Translations under genes and position numbers: made by a program | Shown here: positions 24,927-37,503 of the stretch, one piece after another | Numbering within the stretch: the first letter of the stretch is position 1 | Layout: each line of letters begins with the position of its first letter | Notes under the pieces: model-generated | What the model saw: only the letters and a program-made list of their open reading frames with translations | Told to the model about the DNA's origin: nothing | Database searches by the model: none | Assembly (NCBI GenBank): GCA_053919585.1 | Contig: CM132788.1 | Length of the DNA: 64,000 bases | Direction: 5' to 3' (one strand) | From: Euprymna scolopes | Taxonomy: Eukaryota

Positions 24927-25920
24927 TAAAAAGGAACAAACCGTATTATGTGTTCATCAACGTTTCATCTTACTTTCGAGACTTCCTCTGGATGAATGAG
25001 ATTAAGAAACAAAAAATGCCAGTGCAAAATATTTGAAAATGTTTCACGTGCACAGTGTGACGCAGTTCTATTTCAGAGAAACGGAAAAAAAAACCGTTGG
25101 AAATTCAAAAAGGAGGGGGAGGGCTGGCGCTGTTAAAAAGAAGAAATTTTAGTGACGTCATATAGTCGTTAATGTAATTTTAAAACTATGAACGCAAGTT
25201 AATATTCTTATTGGGAAAAAGATATATCTGTTGAAATTCAAATATAAGTTTGTAACAGAAATAAAATGAGTGTTTTTTTATGTAATTTATTGATTGAGAT
25301 TATGTGTTAATTATTACAGGGTGTGTTTGAATGGCGTGAGAAAGTTAACCTGTGTCTACAGTTAAATAATGTTCTTTTAATAAAAGTTTACTTATTAATG
25401 GGGCTATGTTATAGAAACCTCCACGTTGTTTAATAGTGCTTGAAATTGCGATAAGCGCAGATTCAAGAAGTCTCCGACGTGGTTTATTTGAAATAAATTT
25501 AACTACTTTTGCTTGTTTAAAGTCAAAGGTGTGGTTATGTTGCAATTAATGAGAGAATAATGCAATTAGACAATTGCTATTTTTTATATCTCTTTTATGT
25601 TCATTGAGCCTTTTTCCAATTTACGCTGAGTTTCACCAACGTATTTATGATGGCAATTATGGTAAGGAATAGTGTATATACCTCCATCGGAAACTGGTTT
25701 GTTATAGAGAGGTTTCGTAGTTTTTAATATATGTTTTATGGTTAGTGATGTGGTTTGTACGATAGGAATTTTTAGTTTTTTTAATGTGTTATAGATTATT
25801 GTATTATTGGTGTGTGTAGGTAAAAGAAGATGTCTGTTTATGAGAGAAAGGTCTGGTGTGTATGATTTATTATTATCATTTATTCTGGAAAATATTTGTG
25901 TGGCTTTTCTCTTAGCATTC

Positions 25921-27254
25921 AATATGGGCACTATCAGCACCTCCCACATAAAGAACTCCGGATATTTACTGAACAAAATAAAAAACATTAACGTACAAAA
26001 CAAAACTATACACAGCTTAGATATAACATCATTATATACTAATGTCCCCATTAAAAAATGCTTGAATTTACTCCTTAAACATTAAAAAAAAATTAACATT
26101 AGCTGACCTTTTCCTCCCGACACTCTTATAAAAATCATCAGACTTATAACTAACATGACTTACTTTCATTTCAATAACAATTTCTATAAACAAAATTTTG
26201 GTCTTCCTATGGGTAACCCTCTTAGTGGAGTATTAGCTTGCCTTTTCTTAGAATTCCTAGAATCTGGTCCTTTCAAATTCAGATTACCTCCAAACACAGA
26301 ATATTTTAGATACATTGACGACATTTTAATTTTTCTTCCTGAAAATACGCGCATAAATATCATTAGAGACAAATTAAACTCAGTCGAACCTTCCATAAAG
26401 TTTACCTGTGAAACAGAAAACAATAACTCAGTACCTTTTCTTGACATACTTATAATAAAATCCAATAATAAACTATCCTTCAAAATTCACCGCAAAACCA
26501 CACACAAAAATGATCACATACATTTCTATTCACACCATAATAATAAAATAAAAACAGGGATGATAATTGGTTTCTTCTTACGCGCTTTCAGAATTTGCAG
26601 TCCTGGATATCTGGACGAAGAATTCAAATACCTCACAAACATTTCGAAAACCTTGCAATATCCGACATATTTCATATTGAATGCTAAGAGAAAAGCCACA
26701 CAAATATTTTCCAGAATAAATGATAATAATAAATCATACACACCAGACCATTCTCTCATAAACAGACATCTTCTTTTACCTACACACACCAATAATACAA
26801 TAACCTATAACACACTAAAAAAACTAAAAATTCCTATCGTACAAACCACATCACTAACCATAAAACATATATTAAAAACTACGAAACCTCTCTATAACAA
26901 ACCAGTTTCCGATGGAGGTATATACACTATTCCTTACCATAATTGCCATCATAAATACGTTGGTGAAACTCAGCGTAAATTGGAAAAAGGCTCAATGAAC
27001 ATAAAAGAGATATAAAAAATAGCAATTGTCTAATTGCATTATTCTCTCATTAATTGCAACATAACCACACCTTTGACTTTAAACAAGCAAAAGTAGTTAA
27101 ATTTATTTCAAATAAACCACGTCGGAGACTTCTTGAATCTGCGCTTATCGCAATTTCAAGCACTATTAAACAACGTGGAGGTTTCTATAACATAGCCCCA
27201 TTAATAAGTAAACTTTTATTAAAAGAACATTATTTAACTGTAGACACAGGTTAA
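25921..27254 (+). pseudogene. Penelope-like RT + GIY-YIG endonuclease, disrupted
   Basis: SLDITSLYTNVP, QNFGLPMGNPLS, YFRYIDD, FLDILI, GGIYTIPYHNCHHKYVGETQR, RRLLESALI; in-frame stops at ~26083 and ~26104, frameshift ~26990. Confidence 0.9.
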
Positions 27255-27601
27255 CTTTCTCACGCCATTCAAACACACCCTGTAATAATTAACACATAAT
27301 CTCAATCAATAAATTACATAAAAAAACACTCATTTTATTTCTGTTACAAACTTATATTTGAATTTCAACAGATATATCTTTTTCCCAATAAGAATATTAA
27401 CTTGCGTTCATAGTTTTAAAATTACATTAACGACTATATGACGTCACTAAAATTTCTTCTTTTTAACAGCGCCAGCCCTCCTCCTCCTTTTTGAATTTCC
27501 AACGTTTTTTCCCCCGTTTCTCTTAAATAGAACTGCGTCACACTGTGCACGTGAAACATTTTCAAATATTTTGCACTGGCATTTTTTGTTTCTTAATCTC
27601 A

Positions 27602-27645
27602 TTCATCCAGAGGAAGTCTCGAAATAAAGATGAAACGTTGATGAA
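27602..27645 (+). ncRNA. Minimal Penelope-type hammerhead (U4A core variant); mirror copy at 24953-24996 (-)
   Basis: TTCATC-CAGAGGA-A-GTCT..AGAT-GAAACGTT-GATGAA: 6-bp stem I, palindromic ACGT instead of stem III. Confidence 0.7.
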
Positions 27646-28039
27646 CACATAATACGGTTTGTTCCTTTTTATTTTCTCTATTTTGTCGGAATATTATTTC
27701 TATCATTTTCATCATATATATATATATATATATATTAATTATTCTTTTTATGCCTATAGACATTAATATTTTATGCTTTCGCAATTATCAGTGCAGAAAG
27801 TTACAATTACTACTAATCAGGAGATATGAGCTCAGCTACAAAGTCACCTTTCACTCCATTTGCTGGGACATTACTTCCGGGCCAGCAACAATTGCCACAA
27901 GAATTAATGGAAATCAAACACCTATAAATATCAACGTCGGGTACAAAAGTTAAGCAGTCAATAGTGCAGTTGTAGACATTGCATGCCGCTATTCGAATGT
28001 CTTTATTTTCCAGGGAGTCGTAAACGTAATAATCTTAAA

Positions 28040-28260
28040 AGGGCTTATAATTTACCCACCCACTCTAATAATACAATAATTTGCAACACACTTAACAAAC
28101 AAGTAATTCAAATAATACCAACCGTAGTACAAACTATGAAACAAACATTAAAAACAACAAAAAACAACAAAACATTTCCAAAACAAACTTATAACCTGTA
28201 CAAGTATATATACTGTCCAATGCTGTACTTGTCATCAAATTGGTTATACAATTGATACAA
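28040..28260 (+). mobile_element. Older Penelope-like fragment
   Basis: LPTHSNNTIICNTLNKQVIQII..TMKQTLKT homologous to LPTHTNNTITYNTLKKLKIPIV of the adjacent element. Confidence 0.7.
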
Positions 28261-28444
28261 CTGAATGGCGCTAGAGAAAGAGTTTAGTGAACAGAAATTT
28301 GGGTTAGTAAACCAAACAAATAAGAGTATACGCCTCCTCCTCTTTCGCTGTGACATTTTTGTGAATCCTCCAATAAAAGACCATCCGGTTAAATAATAAA
28401 AGTATGAGAGCTGATCTTATCGATTTAATTCAATTAAAAACTGT

Positions 28445-29845
28445 GTACAGACCAATAAGTCTCCTGTGTGTCATGAGTAAGTTGCTGGAATCCATATTAA
28501 ATAGAGAAGTAGTCAACCACCTCAGCAGAAACAACCTTCTTAGTGACACACAATATGGTTTCCGTTCTGCTAGATCTACGGCAGATGTGCTAACGGTTAT
28601 ATCTCATAGGAATAGTGAATCTCTTGACAAGGGCTTCCTCTTTATGGCAATTGCTCTTGACATATCAAAATCCTTCGATAAAGTATGGCATAAGGGTCTA
28701 CTTTACAAGATTTCCAGCTACGGTATAACTGGAAATGTTTTCTCAATTATTAAATCATTTCTCTCTGATAGGCTCATAAGAGTAGTGGTTGATGGGCAGC
28801 AATCAGAGACCCTCAATATTAATGCTGGATTCCCTCAGGGGTTCATCCTGGGCCCAACCCTCTTCCTGATCTACATCAAGGATCTCCCAAAACACACACT
28901 TAAATCATTTGTTGACATCTATGCTGATGACACGACCATCTATGGCAACACATCAAAGGCTGTAAATGACAAAAGTTATCTCTGATTCTCTCTCTCCTCT
29001 GATCTCGAGCGCGTGGTACAGTGGGGGAGGAGGTGGCTGGTTACTTTTAATGCATCTAAAACCAATCAACCACACATCATCAACTCTATGATCCCCATCT
29101 GGCATCAATTGAAATGGATTTCTTTCGACTAGGGGAAGCTCCACGCTTTGATAAGCTTCTGGGCTTGACATTTATTCCTGACCTGAAATGGAACACGTAC
29201 ATCAAGTCTGTTGCCTAGGTCACTGGAAAAATGGTAGTATCCTTCTACCGCTCCAGAAGATATCTCACTGCTAATGGAATTCTCTACTTATATAAAAGCC
29301 AAGTACGTCCAAGAATGGAGTAGTTGTCACATCTGGGCAGAAGCTGCTATAAACACTCTATCCTGCCTTGACAGAGTTCAAAATAGGCTTAGTGGGGAAT
29401 ACCCTTTCCTCTTCCCTGCAACCTCTCTCTCATAGGAGAGATGTTGCGAGCCTGTCTTTGTTTTATCGTTACTTCCATGGCAGGTGCTCGTCTTAGCTCT
29501 AATCTCTTGCCCCTCCCCGATCTTTCACGAAAAACACCCGTCTAGCTGAAACCACTGTCAAAAATTTTCCCCACTCTTTATCTGTGCCAAAACCTAAATG
29601 TAGATTCCATGAACAAAGCTTCTTTCTTAGAAGTGCACGCCTGCGGAAATCTGTTCCGTCTGCCTGTTTTCCACCTGACTACAACTTGGATGTCTTCAAG
29701 TCCAACATAAACAAATTCCTGCTGAACCGCCCCCTTAAGTAGACACTTTATTAAATCTCAACATTAACGTACTGTACACGCAATAACCCTTATCCCCGAG
29801 TGGCTTCCGGGCCTTGATAAGTGGTGACCATCTTGTAAAAAAAAA
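28445..29845 (+). mobile_element. 5'-truncated CR1/Zenon-type LINE (family A)
   Basis: YRPISLL..QYGFRS..LDISKSFD..PQG..YADD, several stops, 3' UTR and poly(A). Confidence 0.95.
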
Positions 29846-30116
29846 CGTTCTAGTAAATTGATCCCCCATATCATAACCACTCGATAAGAGCATGCACACC
29901 CCTCTCATATAAAGATTTTTTCAATTATCAATCAATTATTATGGGAACTGAGTTTTCCGCACGTGGAGACACAGACACAAATGGAGGACCTTGAGCTAAA
30001 TACGATTATTGCTCTTCAACTCTGGTAACACCATACCTTGCCACCAGGAGGCGATGCAGCCACGTTCACTCGTTTTGTTTATTTCTTTCTCTTTTAGCTC
30101 AGAATTCTTAACAGGT

Positions 30117-30660
30117 GAAGATGTGACGATAACGCACCTGCCTTGACAGAGTTCAGAATAGACTTCGTAACCTCGTAGGGAATGCCCTTTTCTCTTCCCT
30201 GCAACCTCTTTCCCACAGAAAAGATGTTGCGAACCTGTTTCTGTTGTATCGTTATTTTCATGCGAAATGCTCGTCTGAGCTCCAATCTATGGTTCCCCCT
30301 CGCCAAAATTTCACAATAAACACTCGTTTGGCTGTAAACACTATCAATAATTTCCCCCACTCTCTATCCGCGCCTAAACCTAAACGTAGACTCCATGAAC
30401 AAAGCTTCTTTCTAACAACTGCACACCTGTGGAACTCTTCCGTTTTTCTGCTTTCCAGCAGACTACAATATGGCCATCTTCAAGTCCAATGTAAACAAGT
30501 TCTTGATGAGCCGTTCTCCTTAAGTAATCCAATTTACCAAATTTATGCTTCTAACGATTACTATATTGTCCTTTTGACCACTGTACACTCTTAACCCTTA
30601 TCCTCGAGTGGCCACTGGGCCTTGACAAGTGGTTATTCCTTTGTAAAATAAAAGAAAAAA
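30117..30660 (+). mobile_element. CR1/Zenon-type LINE 3' end (family A, close to the 37.4-kb copy)
   Basis: YRYFHAKCSSELQSMVPPRQNFT..; 3' UTR ccttatcctcgagtggccactgggccttg + A tail. Confidence 0.9.
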
Positions 30661-30825
30661 TCTTTACAAGTTCGATAACAGTTTTCCATCGATTCGGTCC
30701 TCAATACAGCATCACTATAAGTAAACGAGTAAAACGATAAGGAACATAGGAATCTCTAAAAACCAAGACTCTTTGTGATGATCATATAGAACTTTGAATT
30801 TTGAAAGGTATTTATGTTGAATGAT

Positions 30826-31070
30826 CGACCCATTTGGCATAATAGTAAATATACTCCTTATTGGTCCAGAGATCGAGTTTCAATCTTCGGTCGAGTCGTA
30901 CCAATTTTTTTTTAATAGGATTTTATGCCTCTTTGCTAAACACAGAATCTTATGAGCGGATAGTCAAGGGTGTGGATTAATCTTGAGAATGGAGCGACGC
31001 CCTCCTCTACACTTTGGTGTAAACGCTTATGTAAAAGGAACCTACTGGTATAGTCGCACACTTAGCTTAG
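30826..31070 (+). mobile_element. Degenerate tRNA-derived SINE
   Basis: Decayed A box (tggcataatagtaaa) and B box (gtttcaatc), followed by a ggtcgagtcgtacca...tgcctctttgctaaaca body resembling invertebrate SINE conserved domains. Confidence 0.5.
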
Positions 31071-31099
31071 TAAATGTTCTGTTAGGGGATACTATAATA

Positions 31100-31630
31100 T
31101 TGTATTATTTGGATTCATCGGACTACAGTTCTCATCTTGAGTGTCATTTTCAACAACATTTCGGTCGATGTAACCTCCGACCTTAAGTGTATCTTGTCAA
31201 CTCGGGACTGTTTCTGTCGAACGCGGGAATTTGGACAGAATTCTGAAGGGAACCCTTTATTTACTTCCCAAAATTCGTAATAGAACTGTCCACAAGGACC
31301 CGTGGTTCAGTGGTTAGAGCACTTGAAAAAACTTATTGTAAAATTATATTATCCTGAAGTTTTATGGTTCAATTCTCAGTGTGCGTGACCGAAAAATACA
31401 GTTGCGAATTACTTAGTACCTCTATCCAGTCATGGTTGACAGAACGAGAGCATGCTACTCACGTGAAGTAAATAAAGGATTCCGTTCGAAATTCCGTCTA
31501 AATTATCCAGTTTGACAGAAACATTTCCGAGTTCGACAAGATACACCTGAAGAAGGCCGGATGTTACATCGACCGAAACACAGTGAAAATGACACGCAAC
31601 AGTAGTACGAAGAATCTAAATAAAACGAAT
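31100..31630. mobile_element. Inverted hammerhead-bearing arms (31100-31268 / 31465-31630) flanking a tRNA-like Pol III promoter
   Basis: Arms are imperfect reverse complements; the centre has A box TGGTTCAGTGGTTAGAGC (~31303) and B box GGTTCAATTC (~31366); the right arm has CAC-CTGAAGA-A-GGCCG..CGACC-GAAAC. Confidence 0.7.
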
Positions 31631-31748
31631 AACCAATCCTCATCAGCAAAATGCAGAAACGTATAATATTTATATTTCTATAAAAATACAACTAAAACTT
31701 TATTAATTAAGCAACTGAAAAAGATACATATAAAATTCTCAGTATAAG

Positions 31749-32002
31749 AATAAGTGAAAGAGGTTTAGCAATTAGTAACATTGGAAATGAAAATGAACAA
31801 CGAATGCGTAAATTATAATCTGAGTTGATTCTTAATCTATATTAAGTCGCAGACAGTTAAAACATGTACATTAAAACAATGCGTAAATATAGTACGATGT
31901 AGCTTCAAAAGAATGTATATAAGTGAAAGAGGTTTAGCAATTAGTAACGTTGGAAATGAAAATGAACAACGAATGCGTAAATTATAATCTGAGTTGATTC
32001 TT
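31749..32002 (+). repeat. Local ~84-bp direct duplication, offset 169 bp
   Basis: taagtgaaagaggtttagcaattag...gagttgattctta at ~31751 and ~31920. Confidence 0.9.
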
Positions 32003-32820
32003 AGTCGTTAATCGTTTCAAATGGTTTCAACGATTGAAACTTTTTATGACGAGGAAACAATAGTTTAAAAACAACTTTGTTTATGTGTTTCTTTATTTAC
32101 CACGAGATATGTTGCGTCTCTTGACGTTCTCTCTTCTTTCGCGACACCTGCGACCTTCTTTGCGCGAAATTTTACACTTCATTCTCACGCATCCACTCTC
32201 GAATCGCAGTTGCTTCACCTGCTGTGCCCGTACAATTAAAACTAACGTTCATTTCCTAACGTTTGTTTCAAATGAAACCACCTATTTTCAATAATATTAC
32301 TACCAGTCACGAAAATGATTTATCACCTCTGCGACGTTTTGAATAATAAAAGACCTACGTAATTGAATGGAAACATTGTACCCACATGGCTTCAATAATG
32401 ACTTTGGTCGGGGATTCCATTATAGTTTCTTAAATTTGACACGAGGAACCTGAAGTAGGCAGAATGTCCAAACGTTTGGCACGGTGTCATAACAACAAAA
32501 TCTATGTGATATAAGTGTGTGTACGTGTGTCCGACTCACATCAACCGTCATATATGCACTTTTAATTTATGAGCAAAGACAGAGATGCTTTATCTTTAAA
32601 ATAGCTCATACTAATAGTAAAACAGACGAAAAATTACATATGCGAATTTAGTTTTATGTGCAATAAGCGAAAGCTCAATTTTAAAAATAACTCATGTAAT
32701 AAAATTAAAAGTTCTGCATTTCTTTCGCTTCTAATACAAAGAAAAATATATCTTACTATTATTATTACTGGTAGTAGTGTGTTTTTTATTCGAAAATTGT
32801 ACATTGTTTTGTATATATAT

Positions 32821-33520
32821 TTTTTTAAATTCAATTTTCACCCCAAACAAGGCACAGTGCCACTTTGAAGCAGGGGGGCTACTATCAGGGACTTAATTTG
32901 CAGGGGCATTATGAAGGGAGATGAGTAGAAGGATGTTTGTTTACATTACATTTGAACTTCTGCATATCAGTACATTTGGGAAAGCAGAATCCCGGAAGGG
33001 AGTTCCAAAGACCTGCAGTTCTGGGGAAGAAACTATGGGAGTAAAAGGCTTTCTTGCACCTAGGGATCTCTACTGTAAAGGGATGAGACTTAGTAGCTTG
33101 TCGGGTTTGTCAGGAGTAGTTACGTCGAGGAGGTACAAGTGTTTGCAGTTCGTCAGAGCATTCACCATTAAAGTATTTGTAGAACAGGCAGAGGGATGCA
33201 ACATTTCGTCGATGGGACAGAGGCTGAAGCTGTGTGGTTTGAGTTGTCCCCCTTTGCAAATTGGCTGTTTGGAGAAATGGAAAACTAGATGGCTCTGTTT
33301 GGTTTGAGTTGTCCCCCTTTGCAAATTGGCTGTTTGGAGAAATGGAAAACTAGATGGTTGTGGTTGATAGTCAATTTGCATGAGTGGAAAAATGGGCAGC
33401 ATATAAACGGTACTTTTTTTTTTTTTTTTTAAAGCAGGGGAAGAGCGCAGAGAGTGAAACGACGGTGGAAGAAGTGACGGTGAATTCTTTTTGTGACGGT
33501 GAATTATTTTTGGACGTTGA
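32821..33520 (-). mobile_element. LINE family B 3' fragment with internal ~60-bp tandem duplication
   Basis: 3' end aagtggcactgtgccttgtttgg shared with 16300 and 36570; ggtttgagttgtcccc...agatgg occurs twice. Confidence 0.85.
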
Positions 33521-34239
33521 AGAGCTCGACCTTTTGGAAGGAACAGCTGTGTCTTATATATTTTTTTTAAATTACATTTTTTCTACTTCACTACAAGCTG
33601 ATTTGTAGGCATTTTTTATGGAAATCGCTCTAAATGAAGCGTGAAGTTATTTACTGTAAGAAGCTTACAATAACAGACTGATTTTTTTCCATAGACAAGA
33701 AGTGTTTATTTATTTTAGTCTTGATTAGATCAAGGGTATAGCTAAGATGGTTGTTGGTTGTTTTTGTTTTACGGCATATCAACCCTTTTCAGGTTATTTA
33801 ATGCCGAATCCAAAGATTTTGAAAAAAATTTCTTTTAATAGAATATATTTGTTGTTTCCAGTCGGTTTCTATTTAATCCATAGTTGGGACCCTAACAGGT
33901 ACTACCACTCATGGGAACAATAGCAATTAAAGGGTGACTCCACATTCCCAAAAGCCCGCAAGCTGGGGCCTCACCACTGGATATAGTTTAAGGTGTATAG
34001 CTAAGAGGAAAATAGTATGCAAAAAGTGATCTACATTTGCAGTTCTTGAAAATAATCTACTTGAAATAGGAATCTGTATTACAAAGCGATATCAAAACAT
34101 GTCATAATGATATTTATAAAAAAATAAAAATTAAAAAATTAAAATAAACAAAATAAAACGACAAACATCATGTCTGTGAAAAAATTGCAGAGAATAAGAA
34201 TGAATCGGGGAAATCAAATTAAATATACGTTCCTACACC

Positions 34240-35760
34240 TTACAGAACCCCTCGAATGGGACAGATTCACCAGCCCAAATGGGACAGAGTTTCAGCAGCT
34301 AAAATATGACAACAGTATAGCAAACATTGTATAATTTATGATTTTTAATGATACAGAATAGACTCAGGTGTGAGAAAATCATCCAGTTATTCGCAAGTTC
34401 GGTCAGCAAGAGAAGGCATAATAACTTCGAGAACTTTACCATCAATAGCATAATTGTGACGTTTATGCCACATTCGGTCAAACGCCTTCTAAATTACTAG
34501 CGCAATGACCTAACATCTTCCTGAATTTTCCATTAACTAACAGATCCCCCAGTTACAACATTTAAAAGATTAGCTGTTGAACGTAAACCGCGAAAACTAT
34601 ACGTTACATCACTCAGATAGACCAAACCTTTCTAAAACTGAAAACGGTTGCCGTTGATCAACCTTTCAAAGCCTTTGCTAATGACCATCTTAATGAGCAA
34701 ATATATCAGCTTTATCCTTATAAGATGAAATAACTTGAGAGTCATAAAAAGACGAGAAATAGTACACTTGCTAGAATTCATATCAATCTTGTAGATTCTT
34801 CAATAATCACCAAAGTTTTGAAAAGGGATAGAGTCATGATCCTTTCAGAGTTGCTAGATATAGCCTAAAAGAATGAGTTCTTGATGGGATTGCTACTTCT
34901 CTTAGACGATTCTTAGAACCATCTCAACGATACTGATTAAAGAAATGGTTACGATGAGCAATAGTATGAGCACAAATTAGTAACCTCTTTAGCAGCACCA
35001 TTCAAAGATAAGACCCCGTGGAACATTATATAACAAGCCTTTCTGTAGTTAAACCATTTTCCTGTTGAAGGTGAAATCGGTAGAAGTCTTCATAGAAACA
35101 TCAACTTCAACATCAACAACAGAAAGATTAGAATAACTTAATGGAGGAGAAGTGAAAATTAAGCACAAATCAGAAATTAAGGTGAGAAACAGATGTAAGG
35201 ATTATTGCTGAAGATCATTATCAGGAAACGTGTAGGGAGGGTGACAATTTAGTACAAGTCATAGGACAAAGAAGAGTTCGGACAGATTTCATCAACTAGA
35301 TCTGTGCGGTTATAATGAAGAATCCAGACAGAATAATAAGCATTTAAGTCACCAAAAACAAAGATGGAGCTTGGCAGATGAAGGAGCAAGACATGTCCAA
35401 TACGGGTGGATATGTAATTAACAACATAGCAGTGCACTGCTAAAAGAGGAACGGTACAAAAAAAACAAATAGGAGGTGGAATGTAGTAAAGACATCCTAA
35501 AATAGATAAAATGATATCCATTAGGTTTTAAATTGGGGGCGTGTGCAATGGAAAGATCTCATAAAGGAAAAAGAGCAAGACTATGCAAATGCATGGAAAA
35601 GTTTAACAGGACGAGAGGCGAAATAACCATCAACATGGCTGCTATCAATAGAAACATCTGATTAGTCTTACAAAGAGCAGAAATGTAATATTTGCGCAAG
35701 AGAATTGACTAAAAGTGAGAAAAGTATGAGATTTCTAATGTTTCTATAGAAAATACTAAG
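34240..35760 (-). mobile_element. Very old LINE EN/RT remnant
   Basis: LPSSIFVFGDLNAY, DLFLTL, LSPPL-like EN motifs and decayed RT motifs. Confidence 0.6.
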
Positions 35761-35849
35761 GTGTTTAGATTTGTACTAGTTATACTAATTTCTCGTTAAA
35801 ACGTAAAGAAAGGTCACATTATTTCAAGACAAATAAAGCGTTAAATGGA

Positions 35850-36140
35850 CCTACCTTCCACAACGCAGAAAATGTTTCTCTTCTTGCTTAGTGTGTCTAT
35901 CTTCGGGCGGCATTTCCACGAGCAGAGACTCTTTAAGAGCGATACCAGTGTCTGGAACATATTGCATCGGAACTGTTTCCCCGTGGATTAGAACGTGGTT
36001 GTCTTCAAAGTCAATGTTAACAGATTCCTTTCAGAAATCGATTTCATAATAGATTCTGACAATCATTCTGTCTCATTAACTTTTATCCTTGAGTGGTACC
36101 TAGTTTTAATAGTGACTATTTAACATAAAAACATAAAAAA
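35850..36140 (+). mobile_element. Decayed family A LINE 3' end
   Basis: ccacgagcagag..tctggaac..gtcttcaaagtcaatgttaac..tatccttgagtgg. Confidence 0.6.
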
Positions 36141-36546
36141 GAAGCCACTAACATTGGCTTAAATGTTGCATGAAGTTTATCATATTAGCACCTTCAAGCA
36201 AGACAATTTCACTAAGTACTAAACACCATGCTTGTCTATGAAGTTTAAATCATCAAGCACATTTATTCGTGCAATTTGTCGAGGTTTCCTAATTAACTAA
36301 ATTAATTTCTATAATTTTTCAGCTTAGAAATTTATAAGCATACATACATACATACATACATACATACACTCCTAATGATCTTTTGTATATTTCTATTCCC
36401 TCTTATGTCACAGGATGTATACACGATACTACCAGATTGGCTTCCTAGCCTAAAATACACAACACATTGATTGAGAATTCCAGGCAGATATGATTGTTTT
36501 ATTTGTTAAGTATTGTTGTATGCACGGGCAACGGCATCCAACCCTG

Positions 36547-36920
36547 TTTTTTTATTATTCAATTTTCACCCCAAACAAGGCACAGTGCCACTTTGAAGTA
36601 GGGGCCTACTATAGGGGACATAAGTTGCGGAGGTATTATGAAGGAAGCTGAGTAGCAAGATCTATGTTCACATTACACTTGAACTTCTGCATGTCAGTAC
36701 AGTTGGAAAAGCAGAATCCCGGAAGGGAGTTCCAAATTCTAGCAGTTCTGAGGAAGAAACTATTAAAGTAGAATGCTTTCTTACACCTACGGATCTCTAC
36801 TGTGAAAGGGTGGGATTTAGCTGCTTGTCGGGTTTGTCGGGTGTATTCACGTCGAGGGGGTACAAGTGATTGTAATATGTCAGAGCATTCACCAATAAAG
36901 TACTTGTTGAAAGAAGATAA
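36547..36920 (-). mobile_element. LINE family B 3' end
   Basis: Similar to 32821-33190. Confidence 0.85.
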
Positions 36921-37503
36921 ATTTTATTGTTTGGCGAAAAATAACAACTTGATGTCACTTTGATATAATTTTGTTTGCGTTGCCAACGAGCGCTGACCCA
37001 GGTTTGTTTGGCCTCTGAGTGCAGTACGAGACCTAGAGGTCACAGGGTTAACCTCTTGACTGTGAGAAATAGGCCTGATAGTGTTTGCAGTATCACAGGC
37101 GCATACGGGGATTAGAGGATTTCCCTGATGTGACGTAATTAGTGGTGATTGGTTCAGCAGCAGCCCGACCTACCCCGTCACCTGACAACATAAACGAGTC
37201 CCCGGGCTGAAATCGCCAGAGTTGGAGCTGAGACTTGAGAAAAATCAAATACAATCGAAGAGTCGTCACCCTCTCCTCTCTTCCCGAATCATCACTACCG
37301 TCAAACTGAGAGTAATTAATCTAATTGGGACTCAGTAGACTTTTGTCAAAATCAACAACTGAACAATTTTTTTTTTTTTTTACAAAGGCATCACCACATT
37401 ATCAAGGCCCAGAGGCCACTCAAGGATAAGGGTTAAAGAGTGTACAGTAGAAATTGGTCAATATAGTAATCATTAGTAATGAAAATTTGGTAAATTTAAT
37501 AAC

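Larger units (their letters stand above)
24919..27679 (+). mobile_element. 5'-truncated Penelope-like retroelement with a ~1-kb inverted copy of its 3' end
   Basis: 24919-25926 is the reverse complement of 26673-27679; the body encodes RT and GIY-YIG. Confidence 0.95.

Noticed and set aside
8835-31380. Functional tRNA genes at the A/B-box sites (8835, 10186, 22613, 30830, 31300)
   Set aside because: No complete cloverleaf or acceptor stem; they sit within repeats, so they are treated as tRNA-derived heads.
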